From the NCBI RefSeq assembly GCF_018350175.1, contig NC_058369.1, positions 1,180,001-1,244,000 of the forward strand: 64,000 nucleotides of DNA, written 5' to 3'. The DNA comes from Felis catus (taxonomy: Eukaryota). The position numbers were made by a program, and so were the translations under genes. Of the stretch, positions 23,401-34,066 are shown one piece after another. The notes under the pieces are model-generated. The model was not told the DNA's origin. It worked only from the letters and a program-made list of their open reading frames with translations, and ran no database searches. Within the stretch, counting starts at the first letter, position 1; every line of letters starts with the position of its first letter.

Positions 23401-24469
23401 GGGACGCCTCACTCCCTTGGGTGGACGCCCAGGGGCCATCGCTCCCCCCGCCCCCCACCGCCAAGGGGGTGCTTCTCGCGCTCGGGCAGCTCCCCCCAGA
23501 AGCGCCACTCCAGGAGGGTTCTTGGCGGGGGGGCCAGGTGCCCGCCATTTCCGCGGGGCTCAGCGCCTCCTCCCGGACCCTGAGTGGTTCCTGGGGGGGC
23601 CCCGGGGCCGGCAGTTGCTGTCTCAGAGGGGGAAAGGGACGTGGCGTGTTGTTACCTGCCTTCCTGTTGGGCTGTGATACCTTAGAGTCCGAAGACAGTC
23701 GTGCACCCTCCTGGAGCTGACAGCTCATCTGGCCTTGGGTCTGGAGAGACCGCGTAACTCTTCCCTCTGCGGACATGGCCTCCACGGGCAAGCGTTCCCA
23801 GTGCTGCCCCAGAGGCTGTGCCTGTCATCGGGGGTCTCTGCTTGCTGTGGTCCCAGGACCGGGCTGCTGGGCACTGAGTAGGCGGGGTGGCTGACCCAGC
23901 GGGGAGTGGGCCCAGTGGAACTTTTCTGCCAGCCTGTGGTCGTAGGGGCTCTAGACAGCACCCCTCGGTCGAGTGACGCCTCTAGCGGCTTCCCAGCAGA
24001 GGGACTGAGGACGTTTTAGTCTCTCCAGGTTCACCTGGGTGCCCCAGGGATTAGAAATCCCAGACAGAGATTTCCAGAAAGGCTGGGGGCTGCGGGGGCG
24101 GGGGAGACAGGGATGTGGTTTGCCTGGACGCAGGCACCTGAGGGCTCTCTCACTGGTTCTAGAAGTGCTTAGGGGCTGTGCTGGGGGGCAGATGTCTTTA
24201 CAGTGTGTTTACTGTGCCACCTGTGCGTCTGCGCTGGCTCTCAGGACTCACCTCCAGCCGACTCAGGAAGAGCCAACGTACTGGGGGCGGGGGCGCAGGG
24301 TTGTGCCTCTGCCGTTACACCAGCAGGGAGGGTGGTCGGGGGGCTCGTGGCTCTGCTCGCTCACGGCCCGCCCTCTTAGTCCGCTGGCCCCCGCTCTGGG
24401 CCGCCTTCTCTCTCCTTCAGCTGCACTGATGGGTCTGTTGGAAATTTCTGCTGAGGACACTTTCTAGAC

Positions 24470-24672
24470 TCGGCTGTCTTCCTTTCCGCACTGCTGACAT
24501 TGGGCTTGGATCGCTCTCTGAGGACGTCCTGGGCGCTGTGGGGGCTGAGCGGCGTCCCGGGCCCCACCCACGCGATGCCAGGAGCCCTCCAGTCGTGACG
24601 GCCACAGATGTCCCAGGTGTCGCCCACTGTTCCTGGGGGCAGGATTGTCCCGGGTGAGAGCCCCGCCCTAGA
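24470..24672. mobile_element. MER20-like hAT DNA transposon remnant
   Basis: CACTGCTGACATTGGGC...GATGCCAGGAGCCCTCC...GTGAC...ATGTCCCAG...CCTGGGGGCAGGATT...GGTGAGAGCC follows the MER20 layout. Confidence 0.55.
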
Positions 24673-24725
24673 GATTTCCTGCCAACCTGCAGCTGTTGCC
24701 GTGAGCTGGAGCCCGTCTCGGGGCC

Positions 24726-24797
24726 TCGGGGCCTCCCAGGGTCTCGGGGCCTCCCAGGGTCTCTGGGCTTCCCTGGGTCTTGGGGCCTCCCTGGGGG
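24726..24797. repeat. 18-bp tandem repeat, about 4 copies
   Basis: Unit TCGGGGCCTCCCAGGGTC, decaying to the right. Confidence 0.8.
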
Positions 24798-25566
24798 TGT
24801 GGCCGGGCCTCCTTGGCTCTCGGTCCCAGTCCCGGACCTATAAAGTATGGCCCTCCCTCGCCCCCCGGAGCAGGAAGGCTCAGGAAGCAGGTGGGGAGAA
24901 GGCGATGGGGGCAGGTCATTCCAGCAGCCATTGGGGAGGTGGCCTGTGCTGCCTTGTGGCTCCCTGGTGGTCAGGGTCGCCCCACGCCCGCCCCGCAGGG
25001 GGCAGCTGTGCCTCCCTGCCACTCTGCTGTGTCCTGCTTCTTCCTGGTTTCCTTGCTGGCCGCCTGGCTGCAGGGGGAGGACTCGTGCCTGCTGCCCAGG
25101 GAGGGGAGGGGAGGGGGGGGGGTCTGCCTTCTGTTCTGGGTGGAGGGCCCCGCAGCCAGGTGGGCCGGGGAGCTGGTCAGGAGATGTCCTTGGTTGGTGG
25201 AGAGCAGAGAGCCACAGCGGATGCTGCACTGTCTCCTTCCAAACCTGAGGGCCCTGCTCGGCTGGTCCCCACCCACCTCGTGGCTCTTGCCCTGGCCCCC
25301 TGCTTCCCGGTGCCTCTCACCCCTGGGCCTCGGCTTCCCCGGCTGAGGTCGCTGGGTGGTGACCCCGGTGGAGTCCCCCGGTGGGAATGGGACTCGGGCC
25401 ACACGGCTAGTTGACAGGACACCGGTGGCCTTGGCGAAAACACAGTAGGTGAAACTCACTTTATCTTGTTTTGCTCAACATATTTAGGGTCACGTAAGCG
25501 TGTCCTTGCTGTTAGAGGTTGTTGAGACGGTTTGGTGTTTTCTTCCCGTTTGGGTGTGTATTTTAT

Positions 25567-25790
25567 TTTATTTTATTTTTTTCAACTTTTTTTTTTTTTT
25601 TTGGGGGGACAGAGAGAGACAGAGCATGAATGGGGGAGGGGCAGAGAGAGAGGGAGACACAGAATCAGAAGCAGGCTCCAGGCTCCGAGCCATCAGCCCA
25701 GAGCCTGATGCGGGGCTCGAATTCACGGACCGTGAGATCGTGACCTGGCTGAAGTCGGACGCTTAACCGACTGCGCCACCCAGGCGCCCC
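25567..25790 (-). mobile_element. Young felid Can-SINE (SINEC_Fc-like) with 15-bp target-site duplication
   Basis: Reverse complement starts GGGGCGCCTGGGTGGCGCAGTCGGTTAAGCGTCCGACTTCAGCCAGGTCACGATCTC, with a (CT)n tract and A-rich tail. TSD GGGTGTGTATTTTAT at 25552-25566 and 25792-25806. Confidence 0.93.
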
Positions 25791-26744
25791 AGGGTGTGTA
25801 TTTTATAGTCCGGTTCGTCACCCCTTGGAAGCTAAATTTTCTTTGGAAATGCTGGATCTTAAGAAGTACACAGGACTGAGTAGAAAATTAGCGCCCTTGC
25901 AACCAGGAGGCTCTCGGGAGGTCTGTCAGTCGGCCGTGTCTAGGGACCTCGGTTTCAGCCAGCCAAATGTTGCCGGGGATAAGCGTGTCCCCCAGACCGC
26001 GAGGGGCGTAGCCATACCGAAAGGAGTTGGTGTTCACTGCGCGCCTTGCGTTCTTATCCGCTCTACCTGGCTGCTGATGCCAGGGCCGCTTTGGGCTGGG
26101 GCGGGTGGCTGACTGGCCTGTGAAGTGTGGAGCGGAACCTTCACGGTCTCACGGTGGCCCCCAGGCCACACTCCGGCCGCTCCGGCCACCCGCATCGGCA
26201 TCTCGGATGGAATCCGCGTTTTCAGCAGTCCTGCGAGTGAATTCTGGTGCGGTCTCCTGGGTGTTGGGGACCGTTCCGTCTCGGGGCCGATCTAGGGGCT
26301 GCCACACTGGGGCCAGAGGCAAGGGCTGGGCAGCTGTGGGGTTTCTTTGGGTCTTGAACCGGTCCCCACTGCTGCATGGGGAGGGCGGCGTCCCGTGTGC
26401 CTTAGGTCGGCCAGCTCCTGGTGAGCCCTGCGCAGGTAAGTGCGGGTCCTGCCGTCGCCCCGAGCCCCTCACTGGGCCTGGTGCGCCTTCAGCTGTGCCG
26501 AGCGAGCTCTGTGTCCTCCCCGTGGGCTGCGCCTGTGGGGGCAGGGGGCTCGCCCAGGGCCACTGCGAGGGGCTGAGCGCGCGGCTTGGGGTCGCCGAGC
26601 CAGCCCTCCCACCTCTCCTGCGTCATACACTTCCTGTGGCCCCACGGGCCCTGAGCAGGAGGCGTGGCCCCGGCTGTGGGCTTTCTGCACGGATCTCCCC
26701 TCTCACTGTGCCTTTTTCACCAGCGTTATTGACACATCACACTC

Positions 26745-27530
26745 TCCGCTTGGTTTTAGTCGAGACGAATTCACAAAACCGGACAAATTCACTGGAATGT
26801 GCACCTTGGTAGGTTTGTTTTTTAAATTTTTTTGTTTTTGAAGTTTATTTCAGAGAGACAGCGCTTGTGCGTGCATGGGGGAGGGGCAGAGAAAATCCCA
26901 AGCGGGCTCTGCACCGTCAGCACGGAGCCCGACTGGGGGCTTGAACTCAGTGAGCCTGTGACATTGTGACCTGAGCCGAAATCAAGTCAGAAGCTTAACT
27001 GACTGAGCCACCCAGGCCCCACTTTGGTGGTTTTTAATACAGTCACAGGGTTGTGCAACCGTCATCTCTGTTCAAATCCTGAGCATCCCATTACCCCAAA
27101 AGAAGCCCCATCCCCATCAGCCACCCCCCCAGCCCCCTGAGCCCCTGGTCCCCACGAGCCCCCTTCCCGTCCGTGGATGAGTCTGTCTGGACGTTTCACA
27201 CACGTGGGCTCACACCCCGCGGGGCCTCTTGTGTCGGGTTCCCTCCCTGAGCGTCGTGTGTTCGGGTCCGTCCGCGGGGTGGCGAGGGTGGGCGCCCCGC
27301 TCCTGCTGCGGCCGAGGGACGTGCGCGTGCACGGTGGACGCGTGTGTATCCATTCACCCGTCTGTGGACGTGTGGGCTGTGTCCCGCCTTTTGGCTGCTG
27401 TGGACACGGTTTCGTGTGGACGTGTGTTTTTGGTTCTCTTGGGTGGACACTGAAGAGCAGTGTTGCTGGGTCGCTTGGTGGCTTCGTGTTTAACTTTTTG
27501 AGGAACCGGTGGCCGTTTTCCACAGTGGCC
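26745..27530 (-). mobile_element. L1MB-like 3' fragment interrupted by the SINE at 26815-27020
   Basis: TCACAGGGTTGTGCAACCGTCA...TATCCATTCACC...GTGTTTAACTTTTTGAGGAACC. Confidence 0.7.
26815..27020 (-). mobile_element. Can-SINE
   Basis: GGGGAGGGGCAGAGA...GTGACCTGAGCCGAAATCAAG...GACTGAGCCACCCAGGCCCC. Confidence 0.85.
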
Positions 27531-28479
27531 ACTCGTGTCTCCTTCCTGGGTCAGGGTCTGATCCCTTTCCGGGCACGTCTGCCTCCTCTGGGCACCCTGA
27601 CCGGTTTCTCTGCAGGCCCGGCTCCCCACTGCCCGGCACTTTCTAGAAAGCCGGGCTCCCGAGCCTCATGCGGCAGGTCTCCCGGCTCCTGAGGCCGTGG
27701 GCTCCCCTCATCCACCCCCCTCTGAGTGGTGAGTCCAGTGTCTTCGAGGGACACGTGGGCCTTGTGAGGACACAGAGTCAGTGCCCTGGTTTTGGTGGTT
27801 TTAGGTGGCGGAAACGCCGTGCGCGCACGTGGGTTAAGCACGTGCTGACCCTACAGGGGAACATGAAAGGACGTTGGGAGAAGCCCCTCAGAGCCTGGCA
27901 GGTGGGCACCATTGGCACTTCAGCGCGACCCTGTGGGCATCTGGAACACAGGAGCGCGCTCAACCGTGGGACCTGCCAGGCGGTGCCCGCCCTGAACGGC
28001 CGGCGCAGCTCTAACTGTGGTGGGGACAGAAACCCCTGGAAGGCCCCGTGGAGGCTCAGGTGTGGGCTGAGTGGGGGGCACATGGGGCACGCGCTAGACT
28101 CCTTCCGGGGGGGCTGCTGCCTCCGTGTCGCCTGCGTTGACGAAGCTGTCGGCCCTTCCGGCCCTGGCGAGAGTCACTGGGGTCCCTGGTCCGCTGCCGT
28201 GCCTGGTTCTGGGGGATGCGTGTGGGTCGAGGGGTGGTCCTTACCCTGAGGGAGTCCCTCCCGCAGGTAGCCCAGTGCAGCCCCAATAGAACCAGAGAGA
28301 TGGGGCAGTGCCCTCTCTGTGCGTTCTGGGTGGTTTGCAGGGGCCTTGGGGGCCCTCCAGGGCCCACACCATGGCCTCTGACCTTTGCACGCCCGGAGGC
28401 TTCGCGTGTGCTGTACCCCGAGCTCACCCCTGAGGGTGGCCAGGCCTGGGGCAGAAGGGAGGAGACTAAGCTCCGCCTG

Positions 28480-28650
28480 GCTCCCCTTCCTTCCCCCCTC
28501 CTTTCCCCTCTTCCCCGCTCCTCCCCTCCCCCCTCTGCCCTCCTCTTCCCCCTCCTCCCCCTCCCCCTCCTCTTCCCCCTCCTCCCCCTCCCCCTCCTCT
28601 TTCCCACTCCACACCCACTCCCCCCTCCCCTGCTCCCCCCTCCTCCCCCA
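28480..28650. repeat. Polypyrimidine/polypurine tract containing a 27-bp tandem unit
   Basis: CCTCCTCTTCCCCCTCCTCCCCCTCCC repeated 2-3 times within an almost pure C/T stretch. Confidence 0.85.
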
Positions 28651-29074
28651 CTGTTGTGCATTGTTTTCATGGTGGAATATGCACTCACCTGGAGGGAGAA
28701 AGCGGATCCCTGCGTGGGAAAGGCGGACGCGGGAGTCCTGGCGTTTCTCCCCACACCCCAGCTTGTGAGGGGCCCCTGAGCCCGAGAGGCCACCTCTGGG
28801 ACCTCTGCCCACACACAGGGACGTGCTTTGGGGGGTGGCACCATCGCTGCTTCCTTTCTGTGCGGAGGCCACTGAACCTGCAGAGCGGTGGGCGGTCCCT
28901 TGTCCCCCTGCGGGCCTGTGGCAGTGCGGACGCCTCCTCCGCCCCCTTGGAGGACGTCCCCTACGAAGCACGGTTCTGCTGACCTCACGGTCTTTATTCC
29001 CGCGCTCTTGTGGCTCCTCAGCGCCACTCCTGTTCTCAGTCTCCGACAGCCTGACCGGTGGCGATGGTCTCCGT

Positions 29075-29355
29075 CACCGATGAGCCTTGAACAACACGGG
29101 CGTTGGGGGCGCCGGCCTCTGACGGCCGAAAATCCACGTGGAACGCCTGAGTCCTCCAACGCCGTTGACCGGAAGCCTCGCCCGCGACTAAACCGTCACC
29201 GACACGGGTCTTTGTGTGCCTTACGGCAGAGCGAGCCAGAGGGAGTGAGCGCCCCGGGAAGGCGGAGGAGGAGGAAGTGCTCTACGGGGCGCATCGATGG
29301 AAAAGTCCGGAGTGCGTGGGTGCCAGCCCGCGCTTCCCGAGGCCGTGCACGTGGC
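29075..29355. mobile_element. Tigger2-derived MITE (MER28-like) remnant, GC-shifted
   Basis: CCTTGAACAACACGGG...GGGGCGCCG...GAAAATCCACGT...GTTGACCGGAAGCCT matches the recalled Tigger2a/MER28 5' end. Confidence 0.62.
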
Positions 29356-32300
29356 CCGCCGTCGTGGGGCCGTTTGTGTTTCTTCTGGGGCTTTGCCTGT
29401 TCTCTCTTTTGCGTCCTGTCGTTTCTGGATAGTGTGCCGTCACCGTGAAGGTAGTGACCGCCCCTCCCTGCACCTGTGTCCTCTCTTCGCGGGGACGCTG
29501 GTCTGAGGAGAGGGCCTACCCTGATTTGCAAATAGGGTCACGTTTCTGGGGGTCAGGACGTGACTTCCTGGGGACACAAGCCCGCCCACCCCGAGGACTG
29601 CCGTGCTGCTGGCGTCGCGGTCGCAGTCCCGCTGGGCCGGTGGGCCTGCCAGGTGAGCGGCGCCCTGGGGACCATCACGTGCGGTGGGACACGCCTGCCC
29701 CCTCGACAGGCAGTAGCTCCGTGAAAAGGTGCGGGTGGGGGTTTGTGGGCACAGGCGGGTGCTTGCTGATGATGGCTGGTTCCAGACGTGCGCCCTCCAG
29801 GACAGTGTGCACCAGCCCCAGGCAGCTGCCGAGCCCTGGCACACGTCCGGCACGACCGAGCGTGTTTCCGGTGACATGACGGTGACTCCTTGCTGGACGG
29901 CTCCGTGTGGACTGTGTGCGGGGCGTGGGGGGGTGGGGGGGAGAGTCAGTGCTGCCTGAGCAGCAGGACCCAGCCGGACGCTCGTGCCATTAGTGGCCCA
30001 GTGTCTCACGCGAGCCATCCGGTGGAGGGCCTGCGCCCGGACCAGCCACGCGGGCATCCCTGCCGTCACCCCGGACCCCTCCCGTTTGCCTTCAGCCCTT
30101 CGTTACGGAAATGTTCGGACGCAACTGGGTGCAGAGAGAGGCCCCACGGTCACCAGCCTCCCAGATATCATTTCCTGCCGCTGGAAATAGAGCAGGAGTG
30201 CCGGCAGGTGACCCTGGGCCTCGCCATGGCCCCACCGTCTGGAGGACGGCTGCTGACAATTCTTTGCTCGGTCCTGGTGGCCACGGTCTAGGCCGTGGGG
30301 CTTGTGGTCGGGACCTTGCCTCTCTTTTGTAATCTGATTAATTCTGGGAGAATTCTAGCGTGTCCAGAGGTCACAAGAAAAGTACAATGCTCTGGACGCC
30401 CCTACTCTTCACGGCCCAGCAGCCTGTCACCTGTGCCTCTGTCCCTCGCCTGCCGTGATGGGACCAGCCTGTCTCCTGTCCCTGCGTCCCGGCCAGGACC
30501 CTGGGCAGGAACCCTGTGCCCCCTCAGTGCGCCTGCGGGCTTACGCTCACCCTGGACATCGGCCTTTCCCTCCTGGTCACTGAGAAGTGACCTCAGGCCA
30601 CCCTCTTGGCACGCGTAGCCTGTGTCTGCGGTTCCCACGGATGACGGTTCTCCTGCTTTCACCCCGCCGGTTAGCTGGCAGCTCCCGCCGTGGGGGTCGG
30701 GGGGGGGGTGTCCAGTCCCTCCCGGTTTATTTGGGGTTGGGGTCCTTCATTGTAGCTCCACTGTGACGATCCGTTTCTGCTTAACTTGCGTCAACACTGG
30801 CCTCGTCACGGGGGGCCGGTTGGGCTGGCGCCTGTGCCTGCCATTTTGGGGCCGCTTCCTTCCTCTTTGTCATAACGTGACCTCGCGGGTGACCTTGGAC
30901 TTCTCGGCTGCTGCTACAAGGTCGGCCGTGTCTCCGGGGTCCAGGTCGCTCCTGGGGAGCGGCACCCACAAGGGGTACTCGGGGCTCCTGGGGCACTGTG
31001 ACCCTGAGCCCAGGTGACTCTTGGGGAGGGGGCCTCGCCTACACGTCAGCAAGCTCGGGAGGGATGCGCGTGCCCAGGGATGCCCGGTTGGGTCCCGAGT
31101 GAGGCGCGTGCTGCTGAGTCCGCACCCACCACCGGCTCCTACCTGTGCTTAGTCCTGCGTCTGCACGTGCCCCAGCTCTGGGCCGGGGCTGGTGATGTCA
31201 GCCAGGGACTGTGACATCACTGAGTGGGGCCGGTCAGAGAAGGGGGTTTTTGGAGCCTCCACCAGGGGAGCTGGCCCCTGGCCCTGACAAGATGGGGGAC
31301 GCCCCCAAAACCACAGCAGGTAACTCAGCCGAGGGGGGCGCTCGCAGGACGGCACTGCCCCGGCCCGGAGCAATCTCTCCAAAACCCGCTCGGTGTGGCC
31401 ACGGCGGGCCGGCAGCTTCCAGGGGCTCTGCCTGGGCGCTGGGCAGTGGTCCCTGCGGTGGGGGCAGGACACCGTCCTGCGGTGGGGGTCCTACCCCGTG
31501 TCAGGAACCGGGGCCCACGTTGGTTGCCTTGGGACGGGGTTTATTTTCGGCCCAAGTGAGGGATGGGAGGAGGCCCTCTCCCCCAGGACAATTATTTTTA
31601 GCTCTGGCGCTGGGCCTGGGCCGACAGCAGACACTTCCGCTCCCCTGAGGTCTCGGGTTACCCTGCCTCCCCCAGGTATGCCGGGCTGGGCCCCTGCCCG
31701 CTCCTGGGACCTGGAGCAGCATCGTTCTCACTAGGCTCTGGCCCCAGACCTGTTTCAGCGGCGCTGTGTCGTCCCTGTCCCTGCTTCCCACCCGCCAGCA
31801 CGTGATTCGCTCTTGCCATTCCCCTGCGGGTCCCATCTGGCTTTCAGAGTGTCCCGAGGGGACCCAGAATGCTCCCATGTGGCCCGTGCTGGGTGGGGTG
31901 GCCTGCCAGGGCATGCTGAGTTTGGCCACCGTCCGGAACATTTGCAAGTCTGTGCTGCCTTTGGGGTTGTGGGGTGGTGGCCCTTTCCTCGTGAATAGGG
32001 GCCGGTGTCCTCCGGGCTGTCCGTGGAAGGGGTCGCAGTGGAGGGCTGCTCCCCCGCCTCCATGGCGCCTGCCGTCCTCTGCGGGTGGTGACCCACGTGG
32101 CGGCCGTACACCCTGTTGTAAGGAGACCTACAGGGGCAGACGTGAACCAACCCTTGGCCAGCACGCGGCTTGGGGAAGCTGCTGTTGGGGGGCGCCGGCG
32201 TTGTGTCGAGGGACCTGTGGGCTCCGGGACCGGCGGTGGGGCGGTGCGTGCACGAGCAGGCCTCCAGCGTTGGGCCCGGTCGCCTGGTCTCTGTTGCCCG

Positions 32301-33559
32301 CTGGGCCGTCAGAGGCCCCCTTGGGACCATGAGGCCACGAGGGGCTGCAGGGAGGCGCACGCAGAGGGAGCCTGTTGTGGAGTGGGGAGGCTGGTGGAGG
32401 CTGCTGCCAGACCCTGGACCCCCCAGCGTCACAGGGATCTCTCAGAGGGGACCCTAGAAGCCGTCCCACAGGGGCACGCGGGCCTCCCTGGCCCACAGAG
32501 GGCGGCTCTGCGCGCCCAGGAAGGGTTTGCACCTCAGATCACGAGGCCGGGCGGAGATGGAGGGCGTGCCTGCCGATCTGGGGTGGGGACCGAGGGCGCC
32601 TCCCACCTGGAAGCGCAGGTGGGGGTCACTGCGCAGGGGGTGAGGGGGCTGCTAGGGCCGAGGAGGGGCCTCCCAGGAGGGCTGCGGGCTAAGGTGCAAA
32701 AGCGGGAGGCGTCCAGAGGGGCGGCTCCTGTGTGCCTCGGGGCAGAGTGGTACAGGTGCTTCCTGCCCCATGAAGCCTGTGTGCAGGGTGGGGTGGGGGG
32801 CGGAGTCCGGAGCTGAGTCTCCCTGCCTGCAGAGGGGGTCGCCGAGCCCTCCCCAGCCCCTGTGCTCTGCACCGCAGCCTCTCCAGCTCCGTTTTGGCGC
32901 CCTGTCCCGGCATGAGCTCCTGTGTGCCGGGAACGGGTTGCTTCAGAAGGGCAGAGACCCTCCCATCACTCGGGAGGCGCCCGGGGTTTGAGAAGCTGCG
33001 TGCCAGGCCCCAGGACGAAGACCGCATCTGTCATTATTTGCCCCGAGTGTGTGTCCCCCTGGCTTCATCTGCGTGGAGGCCGTCCCTGGCCGCCTGCTTC
33101 TGTGTGGCCCCGAGGAGGTCCCGCTCCTGGCTTCTGCCACGTTTCTTCGACGCTTCCTCTTCGGGGCGCGCCCGGGGCCCTTCAGCCCTGAGTTCTGCCG
33201 TCATCGGGACAGTGCAGATCATGAGATGAGCGCGAGTTCTGTCTCCTTGGAGTCTTTTGATTTCCCATGGATTTTCCATCTGACTGACTCTGGCGGCCCG
33301 TGTGTGTCTGTGTCTGTCTGTCCATGGTGTCTGTGCACGTGTGTGTGTGCACATGCGTACGTCCTTAATTACTTTGTGACGGAAGGTGTGTGTCTGGAAG
33401 GAAAGCAGGCGTTCGGGGGGCTGCAGACTAGAAGTGCACCCACCGCAGACCGCGGCACCGGGGCTGGAGGGCACCGTTGTGCGCGGTGTGCGGGCTTCCG
33501 GGAAGTCGTGCTGCCAGTTGGAAGTTTCCGTCTGAGCCGGCAGGTGCACTTCCCGGTGT

Positions 33560-34066
33560 GCACTGGGAGAAACCGAAGCTCGCGTCCACACGGGAACTTG
33601 TGCACCAGCGTCCGTCCACACACACACTTCTCAGCACCCAAAGATGGACACGACCCAGACGTCCGCTGACAGACGAACAGATACACTTGGTCCACCGCGC
33701 ACGCACACGTCCCTCGGCCGCGAGCAGGAGCGAGGCGCCCACACCCGCCGCCCCGTGGACGGACCCTGAACATGTGACGCTCAGGGAGGGAAGCAGACAC
33801 GAGAGGCCACATGGGGTGTGAGCCCGTGTGTGTGAAACGTCCGGAACGGGCTCATCCACGGACACGAAGGGGGGGGCTCGTGGGTACTGGGGGGTGACTG
33901 CTGGATGGGGATGGGGTTTTTTATTTTGGTTGATGGAATGTTCTGGAATTGGATCACGGTGACGGTTGCATAACTGAATGTATTGAAGACCTCTGAATCG
34001 TACACTTTTGGAGGGCGAGTTGTATGGTACGTGCATCGTATCTCCGTAATGCAAATAACAATAAAC
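33560..34066 (+). mobile_element. L1MB-like 3' end
   Basis: GATGGAATGTTCTGGAATTGGAT...GGTTGCATAACT...GTACACTTT...TTGTATGGTACGTG...AATAAA. Confidence 0.72.

Noticed and set aside
22547..23677. 376-aa intronic ORF
   Set aside because: Composition is typical of random GC-rich sequence, with no domain or exon signals.
28056..29159. 367-aa and 265-aa antisense ORFs in CSNK1G2 intron 1 (possible CSNK1G2-AS1-like gene)
   Set aside because: They are explained by the purine tract and a transposon remnant. I found no splice, promoter or homology support in the sequence.
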